NCBI GenBank assembly: GCA_038065295.1
Contig: JBBTRG010000005.1
Coordinates: 1 to 55,545, forward strand
Direction of reading: 5' to 3'
DNA length: 55,545 bases
Source: Patescibacteria group bacterium
GTDB lineage: Bacteria > Patescibacteriota > Minisyncoccia > JACROR01
In this document: piece by piece, positions 8,366-17,972 of the stretch
Numbering within the stretch: the stretch's first letter is position 1
Layout: the number at the start of each line of letters is the position of its first letter
The notes under the pieces: model-generated
Told to the model about the DNA's origin: nothing
The model's database searches: none
The model's input: the letters and a program-made list of their open reading frames with translations, nothing else
Program-made: the position numbers and the translations under genes

Positions 8366-9118
8366 CTACCCGTTACGGCCGACGACAACTAAATGACGCC
8401 GGATTAACCGAGTCATCCAACTCAGCCAAAAAACAATAATAAAGAAAAGTATGTGAAGCCCCCACTTGGCCAAAGAATGCCATTTTGCAGTATGCCCCGA
8501 TTCACCGACGCGCGCCCGAAAGGTAATAGGAATTTCAATAAATTTAATTCTCTCGCTGGCCGCCAATAATAAAAGCTCTGTGGCAAAAAGGGCGTTACCG
8601 GTGCGCCAAAGAGGTTTTAGACGCCTCACTACATCGCTTCGGATTAATTTATAAGTACAACCAACGTCTGTGACAGAGTTGGTCGCAAACAATACTTCTA
8701 TGATTTTTGCCTCAAAGACATTGGCCAACTTCCTGAATAGGCCCATGGCCGCACCATCCAAAATACTGCTTTGATTTGTCCTAGTGCCAAAAACCATGGG
8801 AAATTCTTTGGCATAAACCAACAAACGCTCAATATCCGAGCCAACGAATGTGCCATCCGGCTCGGCTAAAACAATATAATCACCAGTGGCTTCCTCTATG
8901 CCTCTCCGAAAAGAATAGCCGTAACCTTGGCGGCCTTCATGAATCAACCGCGCGGACGTCTTTTTAACTTCCTCATCAGTGCCCAATTCCGCATTATTAT
9001 TAACCACAATCACTTCATCCACATATCCAGTGGCTAAAAAATCCTCAATAGCAACGCGAATAGAGTTTTTCTCTTGATAGGTGCCGAAAACAACTGAAAC
9101 TTTCTTATTATTCCACAT
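8366..9118 (-). CDS. GT2 glycosyltransferase, polyprenol-phosphate-sugar synthase-like (C-terminal TM)
   Basis: VSVVFGTYQEKNSI...VIVVNNNAELGTDE...LAEPDG (DxD-like), with a hydrophobic C-terminus LHILFFIIVFWLSWM. Confidence 0.75.
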   Translation of the reverse strand: MWNNKKVSVVFGTYQEKNSIRVAIEDFLATGYVDEVIVVNNNAELGTDEEVKKTSARLIHEGRQGYGYSFRRGIEEATGDYIVLAEPDGTFVGSDIERLLVYAKEFPMVFGTRTNQSSILDGAAMGLFRKLANVFEAKIIEVLFATNSVTDVGCTYKLIRSDVVRRLKPLWRTGNALFATELLLLAASERIKFIEIPITFRARVGESGHTAKWHSLAKWGLHILFFIIVFWLSWMTRLIRRHLVVVGRNG

Positions 9119-9136
9119 AAAATATGGGTTTATAAT

Positions 9137-10426
9137 TTAAGCTTTGCATCTTAAAAATAAAAATTTTAAAGGCAATAAATGAATACGAAGCATGTTGAAT
9201 AGCGCAACGGCGCCAGAACTTGCCAAAAGTAACATCATAGGCATCACCGGAAGGCTATAGCGCCCTCCTTGGTTTAGGCCATTCGCAACCAATAAAAAAT
9301 TATTCCAAACAACAAAAACCAACAAAAATAATGCCGCTAATCGATATTCCTTTTTGCATAGTCCTACGGCCGCCAACGCGTAAAGAATCCACCAAAATTT
9401 CTGACCAATTTGAACCATCCACAACCCCAGCTTCGCACCGACTAGAGGTATTTTCATTCGCGTTACATCATTAATCAGATAATCATAACCATGGTAATTA
9501 AATGTTTTTACGACATAACCAAGATGAAATTTTAAATATTCCCAAGGATGCTCGGAAATGATTTTTAAAATATTACTCTTATAAAATGGGGTATTGATAA
9601 AGTCGTAACTAAAAACAATTTGGTTCTGTCCCGGATAATCCATTGGCATCGTAGGCCGTGGCAATATTAATTGATGTTGTTCGGTAAATTGCGCAAAAGT
9701 AAAAATGTAAAGATTCAACCAACCGGCACTAGATAATTCCCAAGTATTAAAAAGAATTTTGTTTCTTAAAGCCCAGGGCGAAAGAATTAACAAAAACAGT
9801 AAACAAAAGAGCAGCAACTGCTTCCAAACCACGCCAAAACTGCGATAATGCTGAAAAATAAAAGCCAGTAGAAACAGCGGAAAAAAATAAAGGCCTATCG
9901 GTCGAGTAAGAACGGCCAGTCCTAAAATAACAGCGAAGGAATACAATTTTCCGGCAATAAACAAATAGATGGCAAACAGTAACAAAAAACTGAACAAATT
10001 ATCAGACATCAATAAATTATTCCAATAAATTGAAACGGGCTCAAAAATAAATAAGAAAGCCGCAACAATCCCAACTGATCCGGATTTAAACAATATCTTG
10101 CCGATCCTATATATAAAGACGCCCGATAATCCGGCAAAAACATTCTGGACAATTACAATGCCCAATAAAGGAGTTTTCAGCCAAAGAAAAAAAGCAAGAA
10201 ACAGAGGGTAAAGCGGAGTACGAAGACTGTCCGGCACAAATGGTCCCTCAACCATCTGACTCATTACGCCATGGGTAAGCATATTGCCGGCTACCGTTAA
10301 AAAGGTTTCGGCATCAGAATAGGCAGTAAATGCCTGCGTTCCCAATAAAAATTGAATGATGAGCGCGTAGATAAAACGCACGCCAAAACCCAAACAAAAA
10401 ATCAATATTTCAATTTTATTCAACAT
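9137..10426 (-). CDS. GT-C fold membrane glycosyltransferase (ArnT/PMT-like)
   Basis: 429 aa with about 11 TM helices. The first loop carries an ArnT/PMT-like acidic motif (YSDAETFLTVAGNML). It sits directly downstream of a polyprenol-P GT2. Confidence 0.6.
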   Translation of the reverse strand: MLNKIEILIFCLGFGVRFIYALIIQFLLGTQAFTAYSDAETFLTVAGNMLTHGVMSQMVEGPFVPDSLRTPLYPLFLAFFLWLKTPLLGIVIVQNVFAGLSGVFIYRIGKILFKSGSVGIVAAFLFIFEPVSIYWNNLLMSDNLFSFLLLFAIYLFIAGKLYSFAVILGLAVLTRPIGLYFFPLFLLAFIFQHYRSFGVVWKQLLLFCLLFLLILSPWALRNKILFNTWELSSAGWLNLYIFTFAQFTEQHQLILPRPTMPMDYPGQNQIVFSYDFINTPFYKSNILKIISEHPWEYLKFHLGYVVKTFNYHGYDYLINDVTRMKIPLVGAKLGLWMVQIGQKFWWILYALAAVGLCKKEYRLAALFLLVFVVWNNFLLVANGLNQGGRYSLPVMPMMLLLASSGAVALFNMLRIHLLPLKFLFLRCKA

Positions 10427-10483
10427 ATCGCTATATCATTTAAAGCCGTCATCATGCTTGATCGGCATTTCACAATCAAAAAA

Positions 10484-11530
10484 TTATTTAATCAAATCCC
10501 AGGAAATAGGCGTGCCGCGTTCTATATCAGTGGCAGCCCTTTTACCCATAACTTCATCGTAGTGTTTTGGCGCCAAACCATGCCCAGGGCGGATGGAGCG
10601 CATATTTTTTTCGCTGAAAACTTCTCCTTTTTTAAGGTCTTGAACCACAAAAAGCGATTTTCTAAAAACAATATTTTCTAATTCGGCAAGCCCCGCGCCA
10701 TACTGCGAACACCCCAAAGCTCTTTCCGCCGCTCTCACTGCCTGCACCGTCAATTGAAATCCATGGGGCTCCAGCGAAAAAGCAGCGTCTGGTCCTCCAT
10801 CTTCAACTGACAAAATAATATGTTTTTCTATGATTTTCGCGCCCAAAGCCACGGCCATAACTGACGTGTTAGCGCCCAAAGAATGATCCGACAATCCCAC
10901 CACGGCTTTAAACCTTTCCGCCATATCGGCAATAGTAGCCAAATTCATATCCTCCGCCTTGGCGGGATAAGCGCTCACACAGTGAAGCAGAGCCACATTC
11001 GGACATCCGTTGTCTTTCAAGGTTTTGACGGCAAACTCAATATCTTCCACCGATGCCATACCACGCGACACAATCACCGGCTTTTTAGTCTGCCCTATTT
11101 TTTTCAAAAGCGGATAATCCACTATCTCAAAAGAGGCGATTTTATATACTCCCACTCTCATTTTTTCCAAAAAATCCACTGCCGTATTATCAAATGGCGT
11201 AGAAAAAAACATCAAACCCTTGGATTCCGCGTATTTTTTCAATTTCGGTTGCCAATCCCATGGCGTACAAGCTTTTTTGTAAAGCTCATAGAGCGTCTGC
11301 CCCGCCCACGCGTCATTCACCTTCACCTGAAAATATTTTTTGTCGGAATCAATGGTTATGGTATCCGGCGTGTAAGTTTGAAGCTTTATCGCGTCAGCGC
11401 CGGCATCCGCCGCCGCATCAATGATTTGCAAAGCTTTTTCATAAGAATGATTATGATTGCCGGACATCTCCGCCACGATAAAAACACGATGTCCCTCCCC
11501 TATTTTTCTGCCGCCGATATCAATTTCCAT
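10484..11530 (-). CDS. pseI: pseudaminic acid synthase (NeuB family with C-terminal SAF domain)
   Basis: VFIVAEMSGNHNHSYEKAL..AGADAIKLQTYTPDTITIDSDK, LYELYKKACTPWDW, GLSDHSLG, IIEKH and SIRPGHGLAPKHYDEVMGKRA closely follow the C. jejuni PseI pattern as I remember it. The longest ORF extends to 11629, but the conserved region begins at MEIDIGG (ATG 11530). Confidence 0.85.
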   Translation of the reverse strand: MEIDIGGRKIGEGHRVFIVAEMSGNHNHSYEKALQIIDAAADAGADAIKLQTYTPDTITIDSDKKYFQVKVNDAWAGQTLYELYKKACTPWDWQPKLKKYAESKGLMFFSTPFDNTAVDFLEKMRVGVYKIASFEIVDYPLLKKIGQTKKPVIVSRGMASVEDIEFAVKTLKDNGCPNVALLHCVSAYPAKAEDMNLATIADMAERFKAVVGLSDHSLGANTSVMAVALGAKIIEKHIILSVEDGGPDAAFSLEPHGFQLTVQAVRAAERALGCSQYGAGLAELENIVFRKSLFVVQDLKKGEVFSEKNMRSIRPGHGLAPKHYDEVMGKRAATDIERGTPISWDLIK

Positions 11531-11587
11531 AATAAAATAAATATAATTTATTGAAACATCAATGTCCACTGGGTATTTTGACATGAT

Positions 11588-11626
11588 AAAAAATAAAAAA
11601 AACCCCATCGTTCGTAAACAATGGGG
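11588..11626 (-). terminator. possible intra-operon terminator/attenuator between pseH and pseI
   Basis: On the minus strand: a CCCCAT/ATGGGG 6-bp stem (11626..11621 / 11608..11603) with a 12-nt loop, followed by TTTTTTTTTATTTTTT. It starts 8 nt after the pseH stop. Confidence 0.4.
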
Positions 11627-11633
11627 CAATGCT

Positions 11634-12113
11634 TTAACGCGACAACATCATGTCAGCGCAGGTCTGTCCTTTCTCCGTCTTATAACCAACAGACACATAT
11701 CCCGCGTTCGCAAAACTGCAAAGCGAAGCCATATTATTCGGCTTTATGAGCGCCGTGACACGCAAAACGGCGGGATACTCACTAAATATTTTGGCCGAAG
11801 CCAATCTTATAATTTCCGTGCCGTATCCTTTGCCGCGGAAAAAAGAGGTCAAAGCGATATTTATTTCCACTTCCTTGCTCTCTGTTAAATCATGACCATC
11901 CATGGAATCAAATCTCACTTGCGCCATGGGCCGGCCATCAATCTCAACAATCAAAATCAGACTATCCAACGCCATCAGCTTTTTTTCAAACCATTTTTTA
12001 TGCGTCGAGAAATCTATCGGCTTGGAATTAAATGACACCTTGCGCACCGCATCTTCATTACGAAGGTCAAATAGAAAACAAACATCAGGCCATTTGGCTT
12101 TTCTTATCAGCAA
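11634..12113 (-). CDS. pseH: GNAT N-acetyltransferase, PseH-like
   Basis: 159 aa. 'FLFDLRNEDAVRKVSFNSKPIDFSTHKKWF' matches the PseH-type 'wRN..vr......i....H..Wf' pattern. It has a GNAT core (FFRGKGYGTEII) and a TTG start overlapping the upstream gene by 29 nt. Confidence 0.6.
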   Translation of the reverse strand: MLIRKAKWPDVCFLFDLRNEDAVRKVSFNSKPIDFSTHKKWFEKKLMALDSLILIVEIDGRPMAQVRFDSMDGHDLTESKEVEINIALTSFFRGKGYGTEIIRLASAKIFSEYPAVLRVTALIKPNNMASLCSFANAGYVSVGYKTEKGQTCADMMLSR

Positions 12114-13497
12114 ACTTATACCCGCCTTTCTTTATATCTGCTACGCCTTGTTTTTCAAGCTGCAATCGTTTTTTCATTACCCTGCTTTTATACGCTTTTT
12201 TGATGGCGATCGCCCATTTTTGTCTGTCATGAGACAAGCAGATTTTTTCCGCGGACATTAACTTAAGCCGCCCCGCGAAAAACATTAAAGCAAGATGCGG
12301 CATCTTGTTCGCATAATATTCTATCATAGTTTTTATTCTTGGCAAATGATATTCATTGGAAATTATAATCGCTCTCCGCCACCTTCGCTTGGCGCAAATT
12401 TTATCCGATTCCAATAAATTTTCAAAAGTATTGCGCGAATTCTTTTCCTTAATAATTTTAATTCGCGGAACATGCAATGCCATAAGCTCTTTTTTCATAA
12501 TATCGGATACTGCCGGCGCGTCCGATATTTTACGCAGCGACCCACTGCCTCCTGAAACCAAAACTACCACACGCGGATTTTTTAAAGTAACCTCTTTATA
12601 CGAATGCGCTCCTGCGACTATCCGCAGCCTGTCGCCCAATCCTTTAAAATTTTTACCCTCGTTAAAATTGGTGGTGCGCCAGCCAGTTTTGCCGTCTTTT
12701 TTTAAAAAACCGCTTAAAATAATAATGGCATCTGCCTGGCCTACCGCTTCTTTAGCAAGAGATTTTTTAAGGCCTTCATTGCGTTCCAGATGTTTATTCA
12801 CGGCAAAAAGCCGCGGCAGTTTTTTCTTTAATTTCAAAATGTCTTTCAATGCAAATTGCCGATTTTTCTCATAAAGCGCCTTAAAAATTCCACTGATAAC
12901 GATCAAATCCTCCTTATTATCTAAAGTCAGGCGCATATCGGAAAGATCCCTTTCATTTTTTATATTTCCTACGCGGAAAATTTCCGGATGGTCACCCATA
13001 AATAAAGTTACATGTTCGCGTTCAGACGAAAGTTTAGTATCGCGCCAAGCCGTTTCAAGCGTTTTGAATGAAAACACTTCAATATCCATACCATCAGGAT
13101 AGGTCGGAGGCCGAACATTGCTCACATAATCAAACCTGCTTCTGTTCCTTTTATAAAAATTCACCACCCGGTCAACTATCGCGGGATCCATCAACGGACA
13201 ATCGCCTGTTATCCGCACAATATCATCCGCCCCAAACTTTTTTGCCGCTTGATAATAACGATCCAGCACATCGTTCTCCGATCCGCGAAAATAATCCAAC
13301 CCAAGTTTTTTCGCCATCATAACCAATGGCTCGTCTGCTTGTAGATTAGTAGTGGCAATAATTATTTTATCCAAAAACTTCGCGCGCCGCAGCCGTTCAA
13401 TCAAATATTCAAGCATGGTTTTGCCCATCACTTTTTTCAAAATCTTTCCGGGCAAGCGCGTTGACCCCGTGCGAGCTTGTATAATAGCGGCAATCAT
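12085..13497 (-). CDS. SpsF/PseF-like cytidylyltransferase fused to a DUF218 (YdcF/SanA/ElyC-like) domain
   Basis: The N-terminal ~245 aa, MIAAIIQARTGSTRLPGKILKKVMGKTMLEYLIERL...ITGDCPLMDP, are a CTP_transf_3/SpsF-type domain. The C-terminal ~200 aa show the DUF218 pattern: AIIILSGF..., VVVLVSGGSG, NTFENL, AIIISNEYHLPR. Confidence 0.7.
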   Translation of the reverse strand: MIAAIIQARTGSTRLPGKILKKVMGKTMLEYLIERLRRAKFLDKIIIATTNLQADEPLVMMAKKLGLDYFRGSENDVLDRYYQAAKKFGADDIVRITGDCPLMDPAIVDRVVNFYKRNRSRFDYVSNVRPPTYPDGMDIEVFSFKTLETAWRDTKLSSEREHVTLFMGDHPEIFRVGNIKNERDLSDMRLTLDNKEDLIVISGIFKALYEKNRQFALKDILKLKKKLPRLFAVNKHLERNEGLKKSLAKEAVGQADAIIILSGFLKKDGKTGWRTTNFNEGKNFKGLGDRLRIVAGAHSYKEVTLKNPRVVVLVSGGSGSLRKISDAPAVSDIMKKELMALHVPRIKIIKEKNSRNTFENLLESDKICAKRRWRRAIIISNEYHLPRIKTMIEYYANKMPHLALMFFAGRLKLMSAEKICLSHDRQKWAIAIKKAYKSRVMKKRLQLEKQGVADIKKGGYKFADKKSQMA

Positions 13498-14838
13498 TTA
13501 AGTGAGACGCTTGAAGCCGGCGTGTGCCACCGGACCGCGCAATAATTTGCGGAGCGATTTATCAACAATCGCTTTTTTTATCAAAGCAAAAACTTTGTCC
13601 ACTGCGACAAGGTATTTTTCAACATCAGTTATTTTGTGTGCATAAGAAACATAAACGCTGGGCGATGCCAGATAGCCGCGCGCCAGCATCTCCTGCGTAA
13701 AAAGCGTGCGAATCGCCTGACTGTCTTTACCGTAATCAAAAGAAAAAGTAATCAGAGCTTCCGGACCAACCACGTTAATATTTAGACCATGCTTTTTCGC
13801 CAATTGCCGCCACCCTCTTCCAATTAATCCGCCTATTTTTTTCAAATGCGCCGGCAAATTTATTTTCTGCATTTTCTTGATAGTAGCAAGCGCCGCCACG
13901 GGACCGATGCGCTCCGTCCAATAAGTACTGCTGATAAAAGTATTTTGCGCCGTCTGCATTACGGATTTTTTACCGATAATTGCCGCCATGGGATAGCCGT
14001 TACTCATCGCTTTGCCCAGAACCGCGATATCGGGATAAACGCCGTAGCGCATATGCACGCCACCCACATTCAATCTCCACGCGATAGTTATCTCATCAAA
14101 AACCAAAACCGCCCCGATCCGTTTGGCGATTTTTTGAACCTTGCGCAGAAAATCATTTTCAGGCTCCTGATGTCGAAATGGTTCAACCACAATTACTCCG
14201 ATGTCTTTGTATGCTATGGCTAATTTTTCCAACTCTTCAATTTTATTATAGGCAAAAGCAATGGCAGTGCCCCGCAAACTGCGAGGGACACCAGCCGGAT
14301 CCAAACCTGGCAATAAATGTCCATCCAAACTTTTTTTATCGGCTAAATTTGCCGCCAAGTACCAATCCATCCAACCGTGATAACCGCAAAAAATTACTTT
14401 GTCCTTGCCGCTATAAGCTCGCGCAATACGCACCGCAATCGCCATGGCCTCTCCTCCAGTTCTCGCAAATCTCGCCATATCGGCCCAAGGATGAATACGA
14501 GTCAATAATTCCGCCAACTCCACCTCTTCCGGAGAATTTAAAGTAGACATAGAACCGTTATCAACCGCCGCTTTTACCGCCCTATTCACATCAGAATCAG
14601 CGTAACCCAAAGCGCAACTCCCCACCCCCATTATGGAAAAATCCTTATATTCCTTACCATCTAGATCCCACGCCTTGATTCCTCTTGCCTTTACATAATA
14701 AGAAGGCCATTGCTCGGGCAAAAACATTTCGGAGCGCTTGGATAACAACTGCGAACCGCCGGGAATGAATTGTTTGGCGCGCCTCCACAACATCACCCCT
14801 TTTGATACATTCATTTTTGTTTTCTTTTTCATATTCAT
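13498..14838 (-). CDS. class-III PLP aminotransferase (glutamate-1-semialdehyde aminomutase-like)
   Basis: 446 aa. Motifs ARTGGEAMAIAVRIARAYSGKDKVIFCGYHGW, VFDEITIAWR and LGKAMSNGYP (PLP Lys). Confidence 0.8.
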   Translation of the reverse strand: MNMKKKTKMNVSKGVMLWRRAKQFIPGGSQLLSKRSEMFLPEQWPSYYVKARGIKAWDLDGKEYKDFSIMGVGSCALGYADSDVNRAVKAAVDNGSMSTLNSPEEVELAELLTRIHPWADMARFARTGGEAMAIAVRIARAYSGKDKVIFCGYHGWMDWYLAANLADKKSLDGHLLPGLDPAGVPRSLRGTAIAFAYNKIEELEKLAIAYKDIGVIVVEPFRHQEPENDFLRKVQKIAKRIGAVLVFDEITIAWRLNVGGVHMRYGVYPDIAVLGKAMSNGYPMAAIIGKKSVMQTAQNTFISSTYWTERIGPVAALATIKKMQKINLPAHLKKIGGLIGRGWRQLAKKHGLNINVVGPEALITFSFDYGKDSQAIRTLFTQEMLARGYLASPSVYVSYAHKITDVEKYLVAVDKVFALIKKAIVDKSLRKLLRGPVAHAGFKRLT

Positions 14839-15788
14839 ACTCTTCGTGGCGCAGAAGCCTTAAGCAAAATTTCAATAATCCTCTTTCCGTCATTTAAATC
14901 CTGTAAGGGTTTTTGTCTTTGTTCAACGCATTCAAAAAAATGCTTAATCTCATCAACAAACATTTTATTGGAATCTCCATCGCCCCTATACAAAACTTTG
15001 CTTTTACTTTCATTTTCAAATTTTACCAAATCATCCATAAAATCAATCGTAAGCGTTCCCTTGTCTGTAACAGCATCAATGCTTTGTGCCCGTTTTCTGC
15101 TTACATAATCCAAGGCAACGGTACTTAACACACCACGCTTATGTTCAAACACCATGGCGGCAGATTCTTCGCTCTTAATCCCAAGCGACGATATTTTACT
15201 ACGATATATAAAACCATTTTTAATATCTCCAAATAAGGCAACCAAACAATTCATTATATGCGAACCGGAATCCAGCACTAGCGTTTCGTTTCTATATTTT
15301 TTTTGCGCGGCATATATATATTTACGATGCACCGGAATGGAATATCCCATCACAAAACGGGACAAAAGCGGCTTGCCATATAAATCGCTTTTCAAAATAC
15401 GCAATAATGCTATCAATCCTTTATGAAAAAGATAGTTACATGCGACCATAGCTACAAGCTTATTTTTCTTGCATAATTTTTGCAATTCATTAATGTGCGC
15501 CACACTACAAGAAAGAGGTTTTTCTATAAAAAGATGGCAGCCCGCTTTGGCGCATTGAAGTGCCGTTTTAATGTGCGCGCTGCTTGGGCTACAAATAAAC
15601 GCAACGTCAAATTGCGCAAGATTTTTATGTTTTATATCCGGTACTGTTTTTATATCTTTGCCAACGATTCTTTTTTTATCAATGTCGTAAACATAGACAT
15701 CTTTAAAACCAAGCTGGCATAAATTTTTATAATGCCGTCGGCCAATGGATCCAAAACCTATAATGATTATTTTGTGTTTTTTATTCAT
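14835..15788 (-). CDS. Gfo/Idh/MocA family NAD(P) oxidoreductase
   Basis: KIIIIGFGSIGRRHYKNL Rossmann motif and the FIEKPLS motif. It has 4-nt and 8-nt overlaps with its neighbours. Confidence 0.75.
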   Translation of the reverse strand: MNKKHKIIIIGFGSIGRRHYKNLCQLGFKDVYVYDIDKKRIVGKDIKTVPDIKHKNLAQFDVAFICSPSSAHIKTALQCAKAGCHLFIEKPLSCSVAHINELQKLCKKNKLVAMVACNYLFHKGLIALLRILKSDLYGKPLLSRFVMGYSIPVHRKYIYAAQKKYRNETLVLDSGSHIMNCLVALFGDIKNGFIYRSKISSLGIKSEESAAMVFEHKRGVLSTVALDYVSRKRAQSIDAVTDKGTLTIDFMDDLVKFENESKSKVLYRGDGDSNKMFVDEIKHFFECVEQRQKPLQDLNDGKRIIEILLKASAPRRV

Positions 15789-16866
15789 TTTCTACGCGCT
15801 CCAAATTATCACCGTACTTCTTTATTCTTGAATCATATGTGCCCAAAAAATAATCTTTATCATAATATTTTTCTCCCATAAATAACGGAATGGAGATTCC
15901 GCCAAAACCGCGTTTAAATTGAGAAATGTACTTTTCTTTGTCACTCGGAAAATTCTGTAGCGTGTCAGAATAATATTGCCAGCCTATCTCATAGAATTTA
16001 ATGCCTTGCTTACACATCCATTGAATAGCCTCCCACTGGATAAAATGAGCAATAGGAAGATTCCCCGCCTTTGAATCATTACACGCGGAACCATAATACA
16101 CATTATTCTTAAATATAAAAAAATAGGAAAATCCGATAAATTTATTTTCTTTTTGAGCCCCGATCAAAAAAGCGTCTCCATCTTTTATCCAGTCGTACAT
16201 CATATCAAATGTGATGCTTTTCCTCTTGGCTCTTCCGGGATCTTTATGGTGTAAATCCGTATATTTATCAAAAACTTCTCTAGTGATATTGGAACAGTCA
16301 AATACTGCCGCTGTTAATATTTTTGATGCCTTATCAATGTCAGAATCATGACCGTGCCTTACGCCTCTCCGCAATTCATCCACAGAACGCCTTAGATCTA
16401 AAATCTGCGTATTTAAAGACGCGTCAATAAAGCCGAATTGCATCAAAAAATTAAATGGCTGTTCGCGCGCCTCCACAAGAGACGGATTTAAAACAGCGCC
16501 TCTTAGCATGACACGCTTTACATTATTCTGCTTTGCAAGACAATCTATATACTTAAATATTTCTTTGAGAACGGCCTTTCGCTCGTTGCGTGTTAAATGA
16601 TTGGCTAATGCCGGAACAGGCCCGTAATAATGATTATACGAAAACTCCATAGCGCCATTGTTGTTTTCTAAAATTAACGGACAAATCGCCGCCATTTTAC
16701 CGTCCTTAAGCAAGAAAAATGATCGTGATTCGGACTGATTATTCACTTGAAAATTAAGCGTGTATTCAAGCCATTTGGAAGTATGCCAAAACCACGCGTC
16801 ATCACTTTCTAGACAAAATGCATCCCATTCTTTATACTTTTCTTGCGTGAGTTTAACGATTTCCAT
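15781..16866 (-). CDS. FemABX-like (GNAT-fold, aminoacyl-transferase-type) protein
   Basis: Starts MEIVKLTQEKYKEWDAFC...WFWHTSKWLEY. The C-terminal 'YISQFKRGFGG' resembles the FemABX hallmark 'FK.GFGG'. The longest ORF runs to 16950 inside pseC, but ATG 16866 sits 2 nt after the pseC stop. Confidence 0.6.
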   Translation of the reverse strand: MEIVKLTQEKYKEWDAFCLESDDAWFWHTSKWLEYTLNFQVNNQSESRSFFLLKDGKMAAICPLILENNNGAMEFSYNHYYGPVPALANHLTRNERKAVLKEIFKYIDCLAKQNNVKRVMLRGAVLNPSLVEAREQPFNFLMQFGFIDASLNTQILDLRRSVDELRRGVRHGHDSDIDKASKILTAAVFDCSNITREVFDKYTDLHHKDPGRAKRKSITFDMMYDWIKDGDAFLIGAQKENKFIGFSYFFIFKNNVYYGSACNDSKAGNLPIAHFIQWEAIQWMCKQGIKFYEIGWQYYSDTLQNFPSDKEKYISQFKRGFGGISIPLFMGEKYYDKDYFLGTYDSRIKKYGDNLERVENE

Positions 16867-16868
16867 AT

Positions 16869-17972
16869 TCAAAAAAAATCCACGATAAGACGCGCGATTT
16901 TCCTTATATCGGATTTTGCCAGCTTCGTATGGCACGGCAACGTGATACAAGAATTATGATATTCGTCCATATTTTTTAATTGAATATTTTTATAACCGTG
17001 CTTTCTATAATAAGGATGCGAATATACTGCGGGATAATGAAAATTAACTCCTATGCCATTTTTTAAAAGATATCTGTAAAGTGGCCATCTCATCTTGGGA
17101 TCTTTCACTCGTATCACATAAATATGCCATCCGTGATAACACTGCGGTAATTCTTTAGGCAACATAATCTCATTCGTCTCGCGCAATAGATTGCCATACC
17201 AGGAAACCACCGCGCGCCTTTTTTCAATAAACCGGTCCAGCTTCTTCAACTGACTTTTGCCCAAAGCCGCCTGCATATCCGTCATTCTGTAATTATAACC
17301 GAGCTCGGTCATAACATTTTGTCCGTTATCATCCTTATGAATCCCGTGGCTTCGCAGAGATATTAACTTTTCGTAAAATCTTTTATCGTTGGTCACGATG
17401 GCTCCACCTTCTCCAGTTGTCATGGACTTTACCGGATGGAAGCTAAACACAGCCGCATTTGAATACCGGCAACTTCCAATCTTGAATTTTTTATAACTCG
17501 CGCCCAGCGCGTGGCACGCGTCTTCAATAACAAACAATTTGCGCTTTTGGGCAACTTTCCATACGACCTCCATTTCGCATGGATGCCCCGCAAAATGAAC
17601 CGGAATAATTGCTCTAGTTTTGCGGGTAACCAATTTTTCTATTTCTGCTTCATCAATATTAAAAGTATCGCTTCTAATATCGCAAAAAACCGGGCGCGCG
17701 CCAACAGCTAACAACATATTGCTTGTCGCAACAAAGGTATTGGGAGTGGTAATCACATCATCTCCTCCCTTTAATCCCGCGGCGAGATAAGCAAGATGCA
17801 GTCCAGCCGTTCCATTGGAAACCGCCACGGCATATTTCACGCCACAGTAACTGGCAAGCGCTTTTTCAAAAGATGCTATCGCCGGCCCTTGAGTCAGCCA
17901 ATCGGAGCGCAAGACATCGACAACCGCCCCAATATCATCTTTGTCGATAGACTGGCGCCCATAAGGAATCAT
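16869..17972 (-). CDS. pseC: UDP-4-amino-4,6-dideoxy-N-acetyl-beta-L-altrosamine transaminase (DegT family)
   Basis: MIPYGRQSIDKDDIGAVVDVLRSDWLTQGPAIASFEKALASYCGVKYAVAVSNGTAGLH is the classical PseC N-terminus. The PLP Lys lies in SFHPVKSMTTGEGG. Confidence 0.85.
   Translation of the reverse strand: MIPYGRQSIDKDDIGAVVDVLRSDWLTQGPAIASFEKALASYCGVKYAVAVSNGTAGLHLAYLAAGLKGGDDVITTPNTFVATSNMLLAVGARPVFCDIRSDTFNIDEAEIEKLVTRKTRAIIPVHFAGHPCEMEVVWKVAQKRKLFVIEDACHALGASYKKFKIGSCRYSNAAVFSFHPVKSMTTGEGGAIVTNDKRFYEKLISLRSHGIHKDDNGQNVMTELGYNYRMTDMQAALGKSQLKKLDRFIEKRRAVVSWYGNLLRETNEIMLPKELPQCYHGWHIYVIRVKDPKMRWPLYRYLLKNGIGVNFHYPAVYSHPYYRKHGYKNIQLKNMDEYHNSCITLPCHTKLAKSDIRKIARLIVDFF

Noticed and set aside
10883-11554. 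Long antisense ORFs inside recognised genes, for example 10883..11554(+), 12356..12874(+), 27409..27879(+), 45889..46377(+), 13846..14223(+) and 39411..39833(+).
   Set aside because: Each lies entirely within a gene whose product has clear family motifs on the other strand. Their translations are low-complexity or basic and have no recognisable motifs. They are treated as shadow ORFs.
10484-11629. N-terminal extensions in the longest-ORF calls for pseI (to 11629), the FemABX-like gene (to 16950) and the GT2 at 33597 (to 34703).
   Set aside because: The extensions are hydrophobic or basic junk that overlaps upstream genes or a terminator. Internal ATGs coincide with the start of family-conserved sequence and with tight operon spacing.
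16871-16878. A/T homopolymers of 8-9 nt, for example 16871..16878, 46259..46266 and 11588..11602.
   Set aside because: Runs of this kind are expected in an AT-rich genome, mostly encode Lys/Phe/Asn runs or form terminator tails, and are not comparable to the G/C tracts.
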